DNA of 14,808 nucleotides from Bdellovibrionota bacterium (GTDB taxonomy: Bacteria; Bdellovibrionota_C; UBA2361; OMII01). Positions 1 through 8,620 of the stretch are shown here, in pieces. The notes under the pieces are model-generated. The model was not told the origin of the DNA. It made no database searches and saw only the letters and a program-made list of their open reading frames with translations. The translations under genes were made by a program, and so were the position numbers. The stretch covers positions 1 through 14,808 of the forward strand of contig JBIKWQ010000078.1 in the NCBI GenBank assembly GCA_044356215.1, given 5' to 3'. Position 1 is the stretch's first letter, and every line of letters begins with the position of its first letter.

Positions 1-329
<329 letters not shown>

Positions 330-529
330 TTTTTCTTAAGGTGAAAAGCTGTCTTTTAAGTTTAAAGACACAACAAGCAGCCGTTCGTTAATTACGATAG
401 CTGGTTGTGCTCGAGAATGCTGACATATTTGACTACGCCGCTAGGTGTGGTAGATTGTGAGTATTGCACTTGTTTCTCACACCAGAGAACAGAGTGTCCT
501 GACGCGAAAGCGGAGAGGGCCCTCGATTT

Positions 530-639
530 TCTGGTGACTCTACCTGAGAGGTCACACCCGTTCCCATCCCGAACACGGTAGTTAAGCTCTCAAAGGCCGA
601 TGTTACTGGGATCTCCCGGGAAAGTAGGTCGTTGCCAGA
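530..639 (+). rRNA. rrf: 5S rRNA (~110 nt, short helix IV)
   Basis: Terminal helix TCTGGTGAC/GTTGCCAGA, conserved CCCGTTCCCATCCCGAACACGG and GTTAAGC, located downstream of 23S. Confidence 0.96.
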
Positions 640-644
640 TTTAT

Positions 645-682
645 GCCCCGATAAGCGAAAGCTTGTCGGGGCTTTTTTTTTT
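645..682 (+). terminator. Rho-independent terminator of the rRNA operon
   Basis: GCCCCGATAAGC-GAAA-GCTTGTCGGGGC (12-bp stem with one mismatch, GNRA loop) followed by 10 T. Confidence 0.92.
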
Positions 683-770
683 GCTCTCTGCAGTAACTTT
701 GTGGTGTAAATTGTCAAAGTTGATTCTTGGAGAGCTGATTATGCCGGAGATTGGGCAGGAGACTGATGTG

Positions 771-1886
771 ATGAGAGAGAGATTTATATTGCGGCGGCTA
801 ATGCTCGCACTTCAGCTAGCTTTTGCCCTCTTTGCGGCAGCTACTGCTACCATAGCGCAAGATTCATCCACCTTTAACGTCGGCGCGATCCTGCCTCTGA
901 GTGGACCGCTAGCTGATTTTGGCACTGCGGTACGTAACGGTATGGAGCTGGCGGTTAAAGATCGCCCAGCGGCGTTTAAGAATGTGCGCTTTATTTATCA
1001 GGACTCAAGTTACGATGGAAAAAAATCAGTCAGCGCTTTTAACGCGCTGCTCGCACGAGGTGATATTGACCTCTACTATGTTTGGGGAGTAACCCCATCG
1101 GAGACACTTCTTCCAGTCCTTCACGCTCGTGGGCTTCCGGTGGTAGTTGAGACTACTTTAAGGTCCTCCCTGAACGGTAAGCCTTTTGCGGTTCGCGCTG
1201 CCCCCACAGGCGACCAGACTGCGCGTGTTTTAAGCGCCGAACTGTTAAAGCGCGGGTTGCGCTCAGTCGGGATGTTGTTGGTGGATATCCCTTACTATCG
1301 AGATATCGTTAACTCTTTAAAGGGCTACATGGCAGCCGGTGGAGGTTCTATAGAGATCGTGGATGAATTTTCCCCCGATTTCACTGACTTCAAAACCATT
1401 ATAGCAAAACTCAAGGCGCGGAATTCTGACGCTTTGGGGATCTTCTTATTAAATGATCAGGTTGTTGCCTATTACAGACAATCACGTGATCTAAGATTCT
1501 CTAAGCCAACCTTCGGCGCCGCGATACATGACAGTCAGGATCTGGTTAATAGCGCGGGCCCGGGAGCGGAAGGCGCGCTCCTTGTTAGCTACGATGTGGT
1601 GCCGGGATTTCGATCTCGCTGGATATCTGAATTTGGTAATGATGCTCGTATGGGGACGGGTGCCAACAGCTACGATGTGGCGAATATCGTAGCTCGGCTA
1701 TTCGGAGATGGACAAAGCTCATCTTTATCAGCAGCTGATACTGTTAGCCGTTTCGCTTCTATTAAAAACTATAACGGAGCCAGCACTAATTTATCTTTTG
1801 CTGACACTCCAGAGGCGGGTAAGCACTTTGAATTCCCACTATCAGCCAGGATTATTAGAGATGGCGCTATTAAATGTCTTCCCTAA
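771..1886 (+). CDS. LivJ/LivK-like (periplasmic binding protein type 1) substrate-binding protein
   Basis: VGAILPLSGPLADFG...GMELA and IYQDS motifs, YDVANI near the C-terminus. Signal peptide from ATG 771 with AGGAG upstream; ATG 741 is an alternative start. The track start at 600 lies inside the 5S rRNA. Confidence 0.85.
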   Translation: MRERFILRRLMLALQLAFALFAAATATIAQDSSTFNVGAILPLSGPLADFGTAVRNGMELAVKDRPAAFKNVRFIYQDSSYDGKKSVSAFNALLARGDIDLYYVWGVTPSETLLPVLHARGLPVVVETTLRSSLNGKPFAVRAAPTGDQTARVLSAELLKRGLRSVGMLLVDIPYYRDIVNSLKGYMAAGGGSIEIVDEFSPDFTDFKTIIAKLKARNSDALGIFLLNDQVVAYYRQSRDLRFSKPTFGAAIHDSQDLVNSAGPGAEGALLVSYDVVPGFRSRWISEFGNDARMGTGANSYDVANIVARLFGDGQSSSLSAADTVSRFASIKNYNGASTNLSFADTPEAGKHFEFPLSARIIRDGAIKCLP

Positions 1887-3116
1887 ATGTCTCATCTTCT
1901 AACCCGCATCCTTCCATACAGTTCGATACGAAACGTAGCTATCTTTTATTTTCAGTCAGCTTGTGTTGGCAGCTTTTTCTGCGCGGCGATTTGGCTGTTT
2001 GTTTGGCAGAGATATCTCTCCCTTGGTGAGGTGGGGCTTGTAGACTGGTTAGCGGTGATTGTCGCGTGGTTCGCAGAAGTCCCATCTGGAGTCTTGGCAG
2101 ATAAGCTCGGTCGAAAATGGTTGGTGATTATGGCGCTAGTGTTGAGTGCGGCTGGCATCGTTATGCAGGGGCTCTCTCATACATTCACCGCGTTTTTGCT
2201 ATCCAATATTCTCTATATGGTGGGCTTCTCGTTTCACTCGGGAGCGGCTGAGGCTTTAGTTTATGAATCTCTACCCTCTGATAACCAGTTAGGTGGAGCG
2301 ACTAGAGAGCACGCGTACGAGCGGGTTGTAGCTGCTAGCAATTTTATTCAACTTATTACTCACGTGGTGTCGATATTGTTGGGCACTTTTGCCTATAACG
2401 TCATGGGAGACGCCGCGCCATTTCTTTTGCAGGGCGGTTTTTACGCGATTGGCGCGCTTGTTGGGTTGTGGGCGATCGAGAGCGTTCCAGAAGATAAACG
2501 CGTATATCGGACCTCGATTCGCCAGACGATTATCGACAGCGTTAAAAGTGTTAAGTTTATCACACGAGAACTCTTCCCAGTCGCGATCATAACCTTCGCG
2601 GCGCTAGGTTTGTATGACATGTGCGCATGGTCGTTTATGCGTACCGCGATAGCGACGAAGTTTGGTTTTAATCACGAGGGTTACGCCATAATCATTAATC
2701 TCGGGATTATTGGCGCCGCTATCTGTGTCAGGCTCCTTCCTAAAATTCGAGCTATGTTGGGAGATCTTTGTGGATTTCCTGGAGTAGGTATCTTTTTAGG
2801 TGTGCTGTTTCTCCTGTGCGCGTTTAATCTCGGTTCGGCGGGCGCTGTCGCACTGGCGCTAATTATTATGATCGGTAATCTGCTAAAACCCTGGAGCTTA
2901 GTGATCGTTAATAAGAATATTAGTGATGATCACAGAGCTACAGTGATCTCGCTGTTTAGTTTTATCACCCGCGCGCAGTTTCTTCTGCTAGGCGCATTAG
3001 TGCCGTATCTAGCGCAGCGCGGCTACCTCGATGTCTCTCTCTTCTGGCTCGGAACGTTCGCTGTAGTCGCCTCGATCGGCGCTTGGATGATGGGTAGGAA
3101 TAAGGTGGCTATTTAG
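1887..3116 (+). CDS. MFS transporter
   Basis: Motif A (EVPSGVLADKLGRK), SGAAEALVYESL, HRATVISL and many hydrophobic segments. Starts immediately after the upstream stop codon. Confidence 0.92.
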   Translation: MSHLLTRILPYSSIRNVAIFYFQSACVGSFFCAAIWLFVWQRYLSLGEVGLVDWLAVIVAWFAEVPSGVLADKLGRKWLVIMALVLSAAGIVMQGLSHTFTAFLLSNILYMVGFSFHSGAAEALVYESLPSDNQLGGATREHAYERVVAASNFIQLITHVVSILLGTFAYNVMGDAAPFLLQGGFYAIGALVGLWAIESVPEDKRVYRTSIRQTIIDSVKSVKFITRELFPVAIITFAALGLYDMCAWSFMRTAIATKFGFNHEGYAIIINLGIIGAAICVRLLPKIRAMLGDLCGFPGVGIFLGVLFLLCAFNLGSAGAVALALIIMIGNLLKPWSLVIVNKNISDDHRATVISLFSFITRAQFLLLGALVPYLAQRGYLDVSLFWLGTFAVVASIGAWMMGRNKVAI

Positions 3117-3840
3117 TCTCTGATCCACGGCGGCCGCCTCGCCACCTATGGCTGCCACTACGACCTCTTCTGTGATGGCCTCGAACTCCTGCTCCACCAC
3201 CTTTCTTAAGTCTTGCAACCAGCTCCTTAAGGGGCTTTTCAATAGCGGGATAAATATCCTCTCGCTTTTCGAGTGCTTGTAGTACCTCGCTTACAGTCTC
3301 AACAGTTGATAAGCATCCGGAGCGTGGCTCTTTGCGAATCGCGTCGTAGAGCGATCGCCGCTCCGTCTTAACAACGAGTCTTTGCAGCTTGAGGAGCCAC
3401 GCGTTTCGCCACCAAAGGGTCTTGGCTTGGCTCCAGGTGCCATCAAGGAGAACTATGCCCTCTAATTTGGAAATGGCTGCGTCTTGATTTGCTACTGGTT
3501 CCCCCTTTTTATCAACAACGAATAGCGTGCGATCTTTAGGTAGCGTTTCTGTCCTAACGCTTCCTAGATAAAGCACACCCCAAGCTTTTGGATCTACCTC
3601 CTTCCCTAGCACCTTCTTTAGGTTGGGCCAGGAGAGGCCTGTTTTAACTGTGGCGCTTGGAAGAGTCGCGGTGATAATTGGAACGGTTCCAATGTCTACA
3701 CCTGGCTCTTGCGGGTGTTGCAGAATCAAAACCTCTGTCCCTATGTCGACGTTTTGAGTGAAATCGCAGACACAGTACTTAGGCGCACGGAGGCACCGCT
3801 CGCACGGCTTTGAGTCTTCATCGCTGGGCAAGCGGTCCAT
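3109..3840 (-). CDS. DTW-domain protein (tRNA-uridine aminocarboxypropyltransferase, TapT/YfiP-like)
   Basis: N-terminal CERC...CVC, ILQHPQE, LLDGTWSQA (DTW motif), IRKEP...LSTVE. Confidence 0.92.
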   Translation of the reverse strand: MDRLPSDEDSKPCERCLRAPKYCVCDFTQNVDIGTEVLILQHPQEPGVDIGTVPIITATLPSATVKTGLSWPNLKKVLGKEVDPKAWGVLYLGSVRTETLPKDRTLFVVDKKGEPVANQDAAISKLEGIVLLDGTWSQAKTLWWRNAWLLKLQRLVVKTERRSLYDAIRKEPRSGCLSTVETVSEVLQALEKREDIYPAIEKPLKELVARLKKGGGAGVRGHHRRGRSGSHRWRGGRRGSETK

Positions 3841-3868
3841 CGTGTTTGCTTAAGGTAGTCGGCCTTAT

Positions 3869-4843
3869 TTACTTGGCTTGTGCTGGCACTGTCCCAGTAA
3901 GGCTGTTAAGGAAAGCCACCAGGCTCGTTACCTCATCCTGTGAGAGGTTCTTACCTAGCTGATACTCAGCCATCTTTGACACAGCCTCTTCGAGGGTCTT
4001 TACACTTCCATCGTGGAAGTATGGTCCTGTCTTAGCTACGTTGCGAAGAGATGGAACCTTAAAGAACTTCTTGTCAGCCTCATTCTTCGTAACCTCGAAG
4101 CGACCAAGGTCCTCGGTTGGATATTCTTTCACTAGACCTAGCTTCTGGTAGATCTGCCCGCCCAAGGTGGCTCCCATATGGCAAGCTGTGCATCCAGTCT
4201 GAACGAATAGCTTTCCACCGGCTTTTTCAGCATCGGTTAGAGCCGCGTCATCACCCTTTAAGAAGGCGTCGAATCGCGATGGGGTGATTAGTGTACGCTC
4301 GAATGCCCCGATAGCCTCTCCGATGTTGTGATAGGTTAGGGGATCCTTCTCTCCTGGGAACGCTTCCTTGAAGGCAGCTACTGTCTTGGGATCCTTCTTA
4401 AGTTTAGCGACTACGGCCGCTTCAGATTCCATGCCCATTTCGATTGGGTTTAGAATTGGTCCGAGAGCCTGGGCCTCTACATCCTTAGCGCGACCGTCCC
4501 AGAACTGAGCTACATGAAGAGCCGCGTTAAACGATGATGGTGAGTTGCGGCCACCACGCTTCCCTTCGTGTCCTGGTGATGTCGGCTCATTATCCACACC
4601 AAAGGTGTTTATATTGTGACAGCTATTGCAGGAGAGCTTGTCGTTCTTTGAGAGCCTTGTGTCCATATACAGGCTCTTTCCGAGGGTGACCTTCGCCTGG
4701 GAGGATGGATGCTCCGCTGAAGGGGCAGAATCTGGTAGAGGTTGAAAAGCTCCCTTCCATGAGTTGTCTTCTGCATAGGCGTTTAACCCTAAAAGCAAAA
4801 GTGAGGAGACACAAAGAATAGAAAACGTGGATATCTTTCTCAT
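3869..4843 (-). CDS. Di-heme cytochrome c peroxidase (CcpA/MauG family)
   Basis: Two CxxCH motifs (CNSCH, CTACH), RNSPS, QFWDGRA, NPIEM, FKVPSLRNV, PYFHDGS, signal peptide. ATG 4843 preferred over GTG 4852 by spacing from GGAG. Confidence 0.95.
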   Translation of the reverse strand: MRKISTFSILCVSSLLLLGLNAYAEDNSWKGAFQPLPDSAPSAEHPSSQAKVTLGKSLYMDTRLSKNDKLSCNSCHNINTFGVDNEPTSPGHEGKRGGRNSPSSFNAALHVAQFWDGRAKDVEAQALGPILNPIEMGMESEAAVVAKLKKDPKTVAAFKEAFPGEKDPLTYHNIGEAIGAFERTLITPSRFDAFLKGDDAALTDAEKAGGKLFVQTGCTACHMGATLGGQIYQKLGLVKEYPTEDLGRFEVTKNEADKKFFKVPSLRNVAKTGPYFHDGSVKTLEEAVSKMAEYQLGKNLSQDEVTSLVAFLNSLTGTVPAQAK

Positions 4844-4952
4844 ATTAAGCACTCTCCAAAAAGTTGACGCGCATGTCGCTCCGTACGCTCATTGCGTGTG
4901 TCCGATGGTACTACATAGCGCAGGTAGATATCAAACTATCGGTTTTATCGGG

Positions 4953-5113
4953 AGGGCGCGGCAGTTCTTTTTCAACACAGAGGACGCAGAGGACACAGAG
5001 AATAGGCCATTTTATTGGCAATTATGGAGGTTTCTCTGTGTCCTCTGCGTCCTCTGTGGTAAAAATATTTTGCTATGCACACCTGTAGCTTACCAAACAC
5101 TCAGCAACGTCCT
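4953..5113. mobile_element. MITE-like 161-bp element, copy 1
   Basis: Reverse-complement homolog of 14511-14671. Degenerate terminal IRs AGGGCGCGGC / GCAACGTCCT. Flanking direct repeat TTTTATCGG at 4943-4951 and 5113-5121. Perfect 27-bp internal IR 4976-5002 / 5032-5058. Confidence 0.8.
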
Positions 5114-5127
5114 TTTATCGGACGTGG

Positions 5128-5604
5128 TTAATGCCCAATATTACGATGCCAATAGACCCCAGCGACTTTAAAAGATCCTAATCTAGAACGGCAGTAGTAA
5201 ACTTCCACGCCATCTGTTCGTCGGTTCTTTATCGCGTATCGTCTACAGAAAGGGCCGTTATTGCGGATAAAGGATCTCCCTAGTGATTCAAGCCGCTCCC
5301 GTTTTTTGTGGTCTATAGCAGACAGAGCCGGGTAAGCGCCCTTTAGGGATTCGTGTCGCGTCTTGACCTCAATCATAACTAGGCACTGTCTGTCTATCGC
5401 GATGATATCAATCTCTCCTAGGCGGTCGCGCCAATTAGTAGCAACGGGGATGAGTCCAGCGGCCGTTATCTCCCGAAGCACCGTTCGTTCCCCCCATCTG
5501 CCCACGCGATCTTTATTAGTTTTTCTCCATCTTGTGAAAAACAAGACGGTCAGCCATTTGCGGCCGAGATTTTGAGTTCCTCTTTTCGGTGTAATGGCTG
5601 ACAT
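5128..5604 (-). CDS. yraN: YraN (UPF0102) PD-(D/E)xK nuclease-fold protein
   Basis: GRWGE, NWRDRLGEIDIIA and IEVKTR motifs; usual position downstream of rnhB. Start uncertain (5604 overlaps rnhB by 55 nt). Confidence 0.88.
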   Translation of the reverse strand: MSAITPKRGTQNLGRKWLTVLFFTRWRKTNKDRVGRWGERTVLREITAAGLIPVATNWRDRLGEIDIIAIDRQCLVMIEVKTRHESLKGAYPALSAIDHKKRERLESLGRSFIRNNGPFCRRYAIKNRRTDGVEVYYCRSRLGSFKVAGVYWHRNIGH

Positions 5605-6140
5605 ACTCCAGCGAATGTTTTGCGGTGGATTCTACTCGGCCCAAGGGCAACAAGCGCCGCTCGGTGCGCGGCTGTTGGATACCCGGCGTGTTTTTCAAGT
5701 CCGTAGCCTGGGTAGCGCGCGGCTAATTTATCCATTAAGCGATCGCGCCATACCTTAGCCAATATTGAGGCGGCTGATATCTCTACATGTAATCGATCCC
5801 CTCTGATCACTGTTCTCTGATTGATAGAGGTCAAGATTGGCTGATTCCCATCTACCAATACAAGGTCCGCTGAGATCCTCTCAACCGCTAATCTCATCGC
5901 GAGCTTAGTAGATTGCAGGATATTAATCTGATCGATCCGCCGCGGACCAACCGCAACGATCGACCATGAAAGCGCCGTCTCCTTTATATATTCGAACAGG
6001 AGCTCCCGTTGTTTCGCGGAAAGAGCTTTAGAGTCCTTTATTCTTGGGTCCGAAAAACCCTCTTTGTAGACAACAGCCGCCGCCACCACCGGGCCAGCTA
6101 ATGGTCCACGACCAGCTTCATCCACACCACAGATAAGCAT
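5550..6140 (-). CDS. rnhB: Ribonuclease HII
   Basis: GVDEAGRGPLAGPV, DSK, VDG, ISAASILAKV.RD, HAGYPT, IHRKTF; GGAG upstream. Confidence 0.97.
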   Translation of the reverse strand: MLICGVDEAGRGPLAGPVVAAAVVYKEGFSDPRIKDSKALSAKQRELLFEYIKETALSWSIVAVGPRRIDQINILQSTKLAMRLAVERISADLVLVDGNQPILTSINQRTVIRGDRLHVEISAASILAKVWRDRLMDKLAARYPGYGLEKHAGYPTAAHRAALVALGPSRIHRKTFAGVCQPLHRKEELKISAANG

Positions 6141-6215
6141 AGCTCTCCTAAATAGACGCTCACCATAATCTCTATTAGCGAGCTTTAGCTGGGTGTGATA
6201 TACCAGATAAACGGT

Positions 6216-7088
6216 ATGAAGACGAAGAGAAAAAAAACGACAAATCGTGGTGAGAAGAAGGGAGCTGGCGCGAGCGCCAGACTTGCTAATCGATCTAATC
6301 AGAGGAAAAAAGTAGCGAAGCCCACGGCTCGATCAGATAAAGCGAGCACAGGGCGCGGCGACGTAGCTCGTACCCCTGGCGCGTCTCACTCTAAAGCGGG
6401 ACGCCGTAGTGAATTAAGACGTCATCTCGATGAGCGGCTCAGGCTGTTGCATCACCGAACGATGCTAATCGAAGCGGAGCTTCGCAAATTAGACGAAAAC
6501 CGTTTCTACCGCACCTGCATATTCGGCAGCGCGAGGATTAAAGCTGATACGAAACAATACGCTGAGGTCTTTGAGGTCGCGCGTTATTTGGCGTGGGAGG
6601 GCATTGATGTACTAACGGGTGGCGGCCCTGGTCTGATGGAGGCCGCGAACAAAGGAGCGCGACTTGGCCGTGAGGAGAAGAAAACGCGAAGCTTATCTTA
6701 TGGGTTGTCGATCCAGCTTGAGTTTGAGCCGGAGCCTAATAGACATCTCGATATCAAGCGGCACCACCATAAGTTCTCATCGCGATTAGATGACTTTATG
6801 CGCTTATCCCACTCAGTGATCTGTACACCAGGAGGGATTGGCACGATCTTAGAGCTATTCTTCGTGTGGCAGTTAATCCAGGTGAAGCACGTACCGCCTA
6901 GACCGATCGTACTGATGGATAAAGAGTACTGGAGCGGCTTGCTTGATTGGATGCGGGCGGAGACCTGCGCCCGAGGATTAATGAGTGAGAAGGATTTCTC
7001 CTTTATTCATTTAGTGGACACACCAGAAGAGGCTTTTGAGATCATCTCGGCGCACCACAAGGATTTCAGGTCGAGAGTTGTAACCTAG
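6216..7088 (+). CDS. LOG/YgdH-family nucleotide phosphoribohydrolase with basic N-terminal extension
   Basis: IFGSAR, TGGGPGLMEAANKGA, PGGIGTILE. Start ATG 6216 or GTG 6195. Confidence 0.9.
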   Translation: MKTKRKKTTNRGEKKGAGASARLANRSNQRKKVAKPTARSDKASTGRGDVARTPGASHSKAGRRSELRRHLDERLRLLHHRTMLIEAELRKLDENRFYRTCIFGSARIKADTKQYAEVFEVARYLAWEGIDVLTGGGPGLMEAANKGARLGREEKKTRSLSYGLSIQLEFEPEPNRHLDIKRHHHKFSSRLDDFMRLSHSVICTPGGIGTILELFFVWQLIQVKHVPPRPIVLMDKEYWSGLLDWMRAETCARGLMSEKDFSFIHLVDTPEEAFEIISAHHKDFRSRVVT

Positions 7089-7092
7089 CCGT

Positions 7093-8538
7093 TTATCTCT
7101 GATTCATCGACTCTCTCTCTCGGTTTTCGGCTGATGCCCTGATCGCCTCAAGGAATCTCTGGCGTATCTGCTCACGCTGCGCCTCTTCAGCGCTCATATT
7201 ATCTGAATCTGGTTCAGGCTCCTCCTCGAACCCGTCATCATCTTCATAGCTGTTGTCGTTCGCGTAAGGTAATCTTCCGGTATCCGTATTCGTATTTTTG
7301 CTCTTTGAGTCGCTCGCCGCGGCCAGTAGCGAAAAGAGGTTCCCCGAATCCGTTCTCTTGTTGCTGACGGACGAGGGAGCTTGCGTCTCAGATGGTACAA
7401 ATCCCGTGACTCCACGCGCGGTATCTAAGATTGATGCCTTAATAACCGACGGATATGTATCAAGGACATAAAGGTCTGCCTGGGGCGCCATTGGCTTAAC
7501 ATTCGCCTTGCTCGGAGCCGCTTCAGCGACTGTAATTTTATTGTCTGAGTCTCTCTTGTCTCCAATGTTGGTGTTCTTCTGTTGAGCGGAGCCTGGGTCT
7601 TTCTGTGCGGTAGCCACTATCGCCTTAGGCGGAGCTTGAGGTGTCTGACTGGTATCCATCATCTGATTCACGGCGGTATATAGAGCCCAACCACCAACCG
7701 AGCTCCCTATAAGGGTAAATACAAGCTTAGTCGCTGTAAAAAGCGAGGATCCTTTTGAGGTAACGGTTGATACATCGGCGTTAAGGTCGGAAGGTTTGAT
7801 TCCCCCAGTGATCCCCGCCGCAAGGCCAGCGGCCACACCACCGCGCCGAGTGGAATCCTGATCGCTGACCAATTTACGCCGGATCTCTTCGAGAGCCGCG
7901 TTATCTAAAGGGCCGGCAGAGCCGAATCCAATCGTCTTTTGAGAGGTTTGTCCGACCTCAATTCGAGTTACTGCGTCGTTCTCAATCCAGGCGTCCGGTC
8001 TATAAGAGAGGCTCGGAATGATTATCAGAGCGTCTCGTGACTTAGCGAAGTTGGCTAAGATCTCAGCCACTCGTTCACGCCATTTGCTAGAGATATTTTC
8101 GAAAGGGTCGTTTAACACTAAAACCTTATCGGCATCTACTGACGCAGCTAAAAGTCGTAACCTAGCTTCCTGATCGAGACTTAGCTCGCCGCAGCGTTTG
8201 TCAGCTATCTCTTCAAGACCAATTGATAAAAGCTGAGTGTTGATCGATAGCTCAGAGATTCCGCTTCTTCTTGTGAGAAATTCACGAACTGTTAACCCAA
8301 CTGTCGGAGATGGTTCGCCGAAGCCAATAGAGGTGTGGTCCTCTGATTGATAGGCGGATCCATCTACTAAGATCTCAAGGTTATCCTTAGCGTTTGATCC
8401 GCAGAGCGCTCTTTGATAGGGCCTGAGCTCTCCTGGGGATGACGCCCTGAGCACTGAGATCTTTCCTGCGTGACAGGTGGCGACGTGTAGCAGTTCGCCT
8501 GAGTTAGAATGTAGCCTTAGTTCAACCGTAGCCGGCAT
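7093..8538 (-). CDS. Membrane-anchored protein with a degenerate ABC-ATPase-like N-terminal domain and an acidic low-complexity C-terminus
   Basis: 481-aa ORF with GGGGA upstream. GELSLDQEARLRLL...KVLVLNDPFENIS resembles the ABC signature/Walker B region. Hydrophobic segment LVFTLIGSSVGGWALY; D/E-rich tail. Confidence 0.75.
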   Translation of the reverse strand: MPATVELRLHSNSGELLHVATCHAGKISVLRASSPGELRPYQRALCGSNAKDNLEILVDGSAYQSEDHTSIGFGEPSPTVGLTVREFLTRRSGISELSINTQLLSIGLEEIADKRCGELSLDQEARLRLLAASVDADKVLVLNDPFENISSKWRERVAEILANFAKSRDALIIIPSLSYRPDAWIENDAVTRIEVGQTSQKTIGFGSAGPLDNAALEEIRRKLVSDQDSTRRGGVAAGLAAGITGGIKPSDLNADVSTVTSKGSSLFTATKLVFTLIGSSVGGWALYTAVNQMMDTSQTPQAPPKAIVATAQKDPGSAQQKNTNIGDKRDSDNKITVAEAAPSKANVKPMAPQADLYVLDTYPSVIKASILDTARGVTGFVPSETQAPSSVSNKRTDSGNLFSLLAAASDSKSKNTNTDTGRLPYANDNSYEDDDGFEEEPEPDSDNMSAEEAQREQIRQRFLEAIRASAENRERESMNQR

Positions 8539-8592
8539 CTCGATTCCCCGTTTTTTCTCTTAAGAACCCTTCTTAAGTGTTATCAGTAGTAA

Positions 8593-8620
8593 AGGTCGGT
8601 TTGTTAGCTAAAAAAGTTTA
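8593..8620 (-). promoter_or_regulatory. Possible sigma28/FliA-like promoter for the 7093-8538 gene
   Basis: Minus strand TAAACTTT-N12-ACCGACCT versus consensus TAAAGTTT-N11-GCCGATAA; spacer is one base long and the -10 is partial. Confidence 0.3.

Noticed and set aside
433..717. 94-aa minus-strand ORF
   Set aside because: Antisense to the 5S rRNA and terminator; typical rRNA shadow ORF.
600..740. N-terminal extension of the substrate-binding protein ORF
   Set aside because: Runs through the 5S rRNA and terminator; the signal peptide begins downstream.
4860..4935. FNR box upstream of the cytochrome c peroxidase
   Set aside because: Only separated half-sites (TTGAC, ATCAA); no TTGAT-N4-ATCAA.
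4976..5058. CRISPR array interpretation of the 27-29-bp repeats with ~29-nt gaps
   Set aside because: The repeats are inverted, there are only two per locus, both loci share the same gap sequence, and no cas genes are present.
4827..5171. ORFs 4827-5171 and 4864-5088
   Set aside because: Open frames created by the stop-free 9-mer hairpin; no RBS and they overlap neighbouring genes or their upstream regions.
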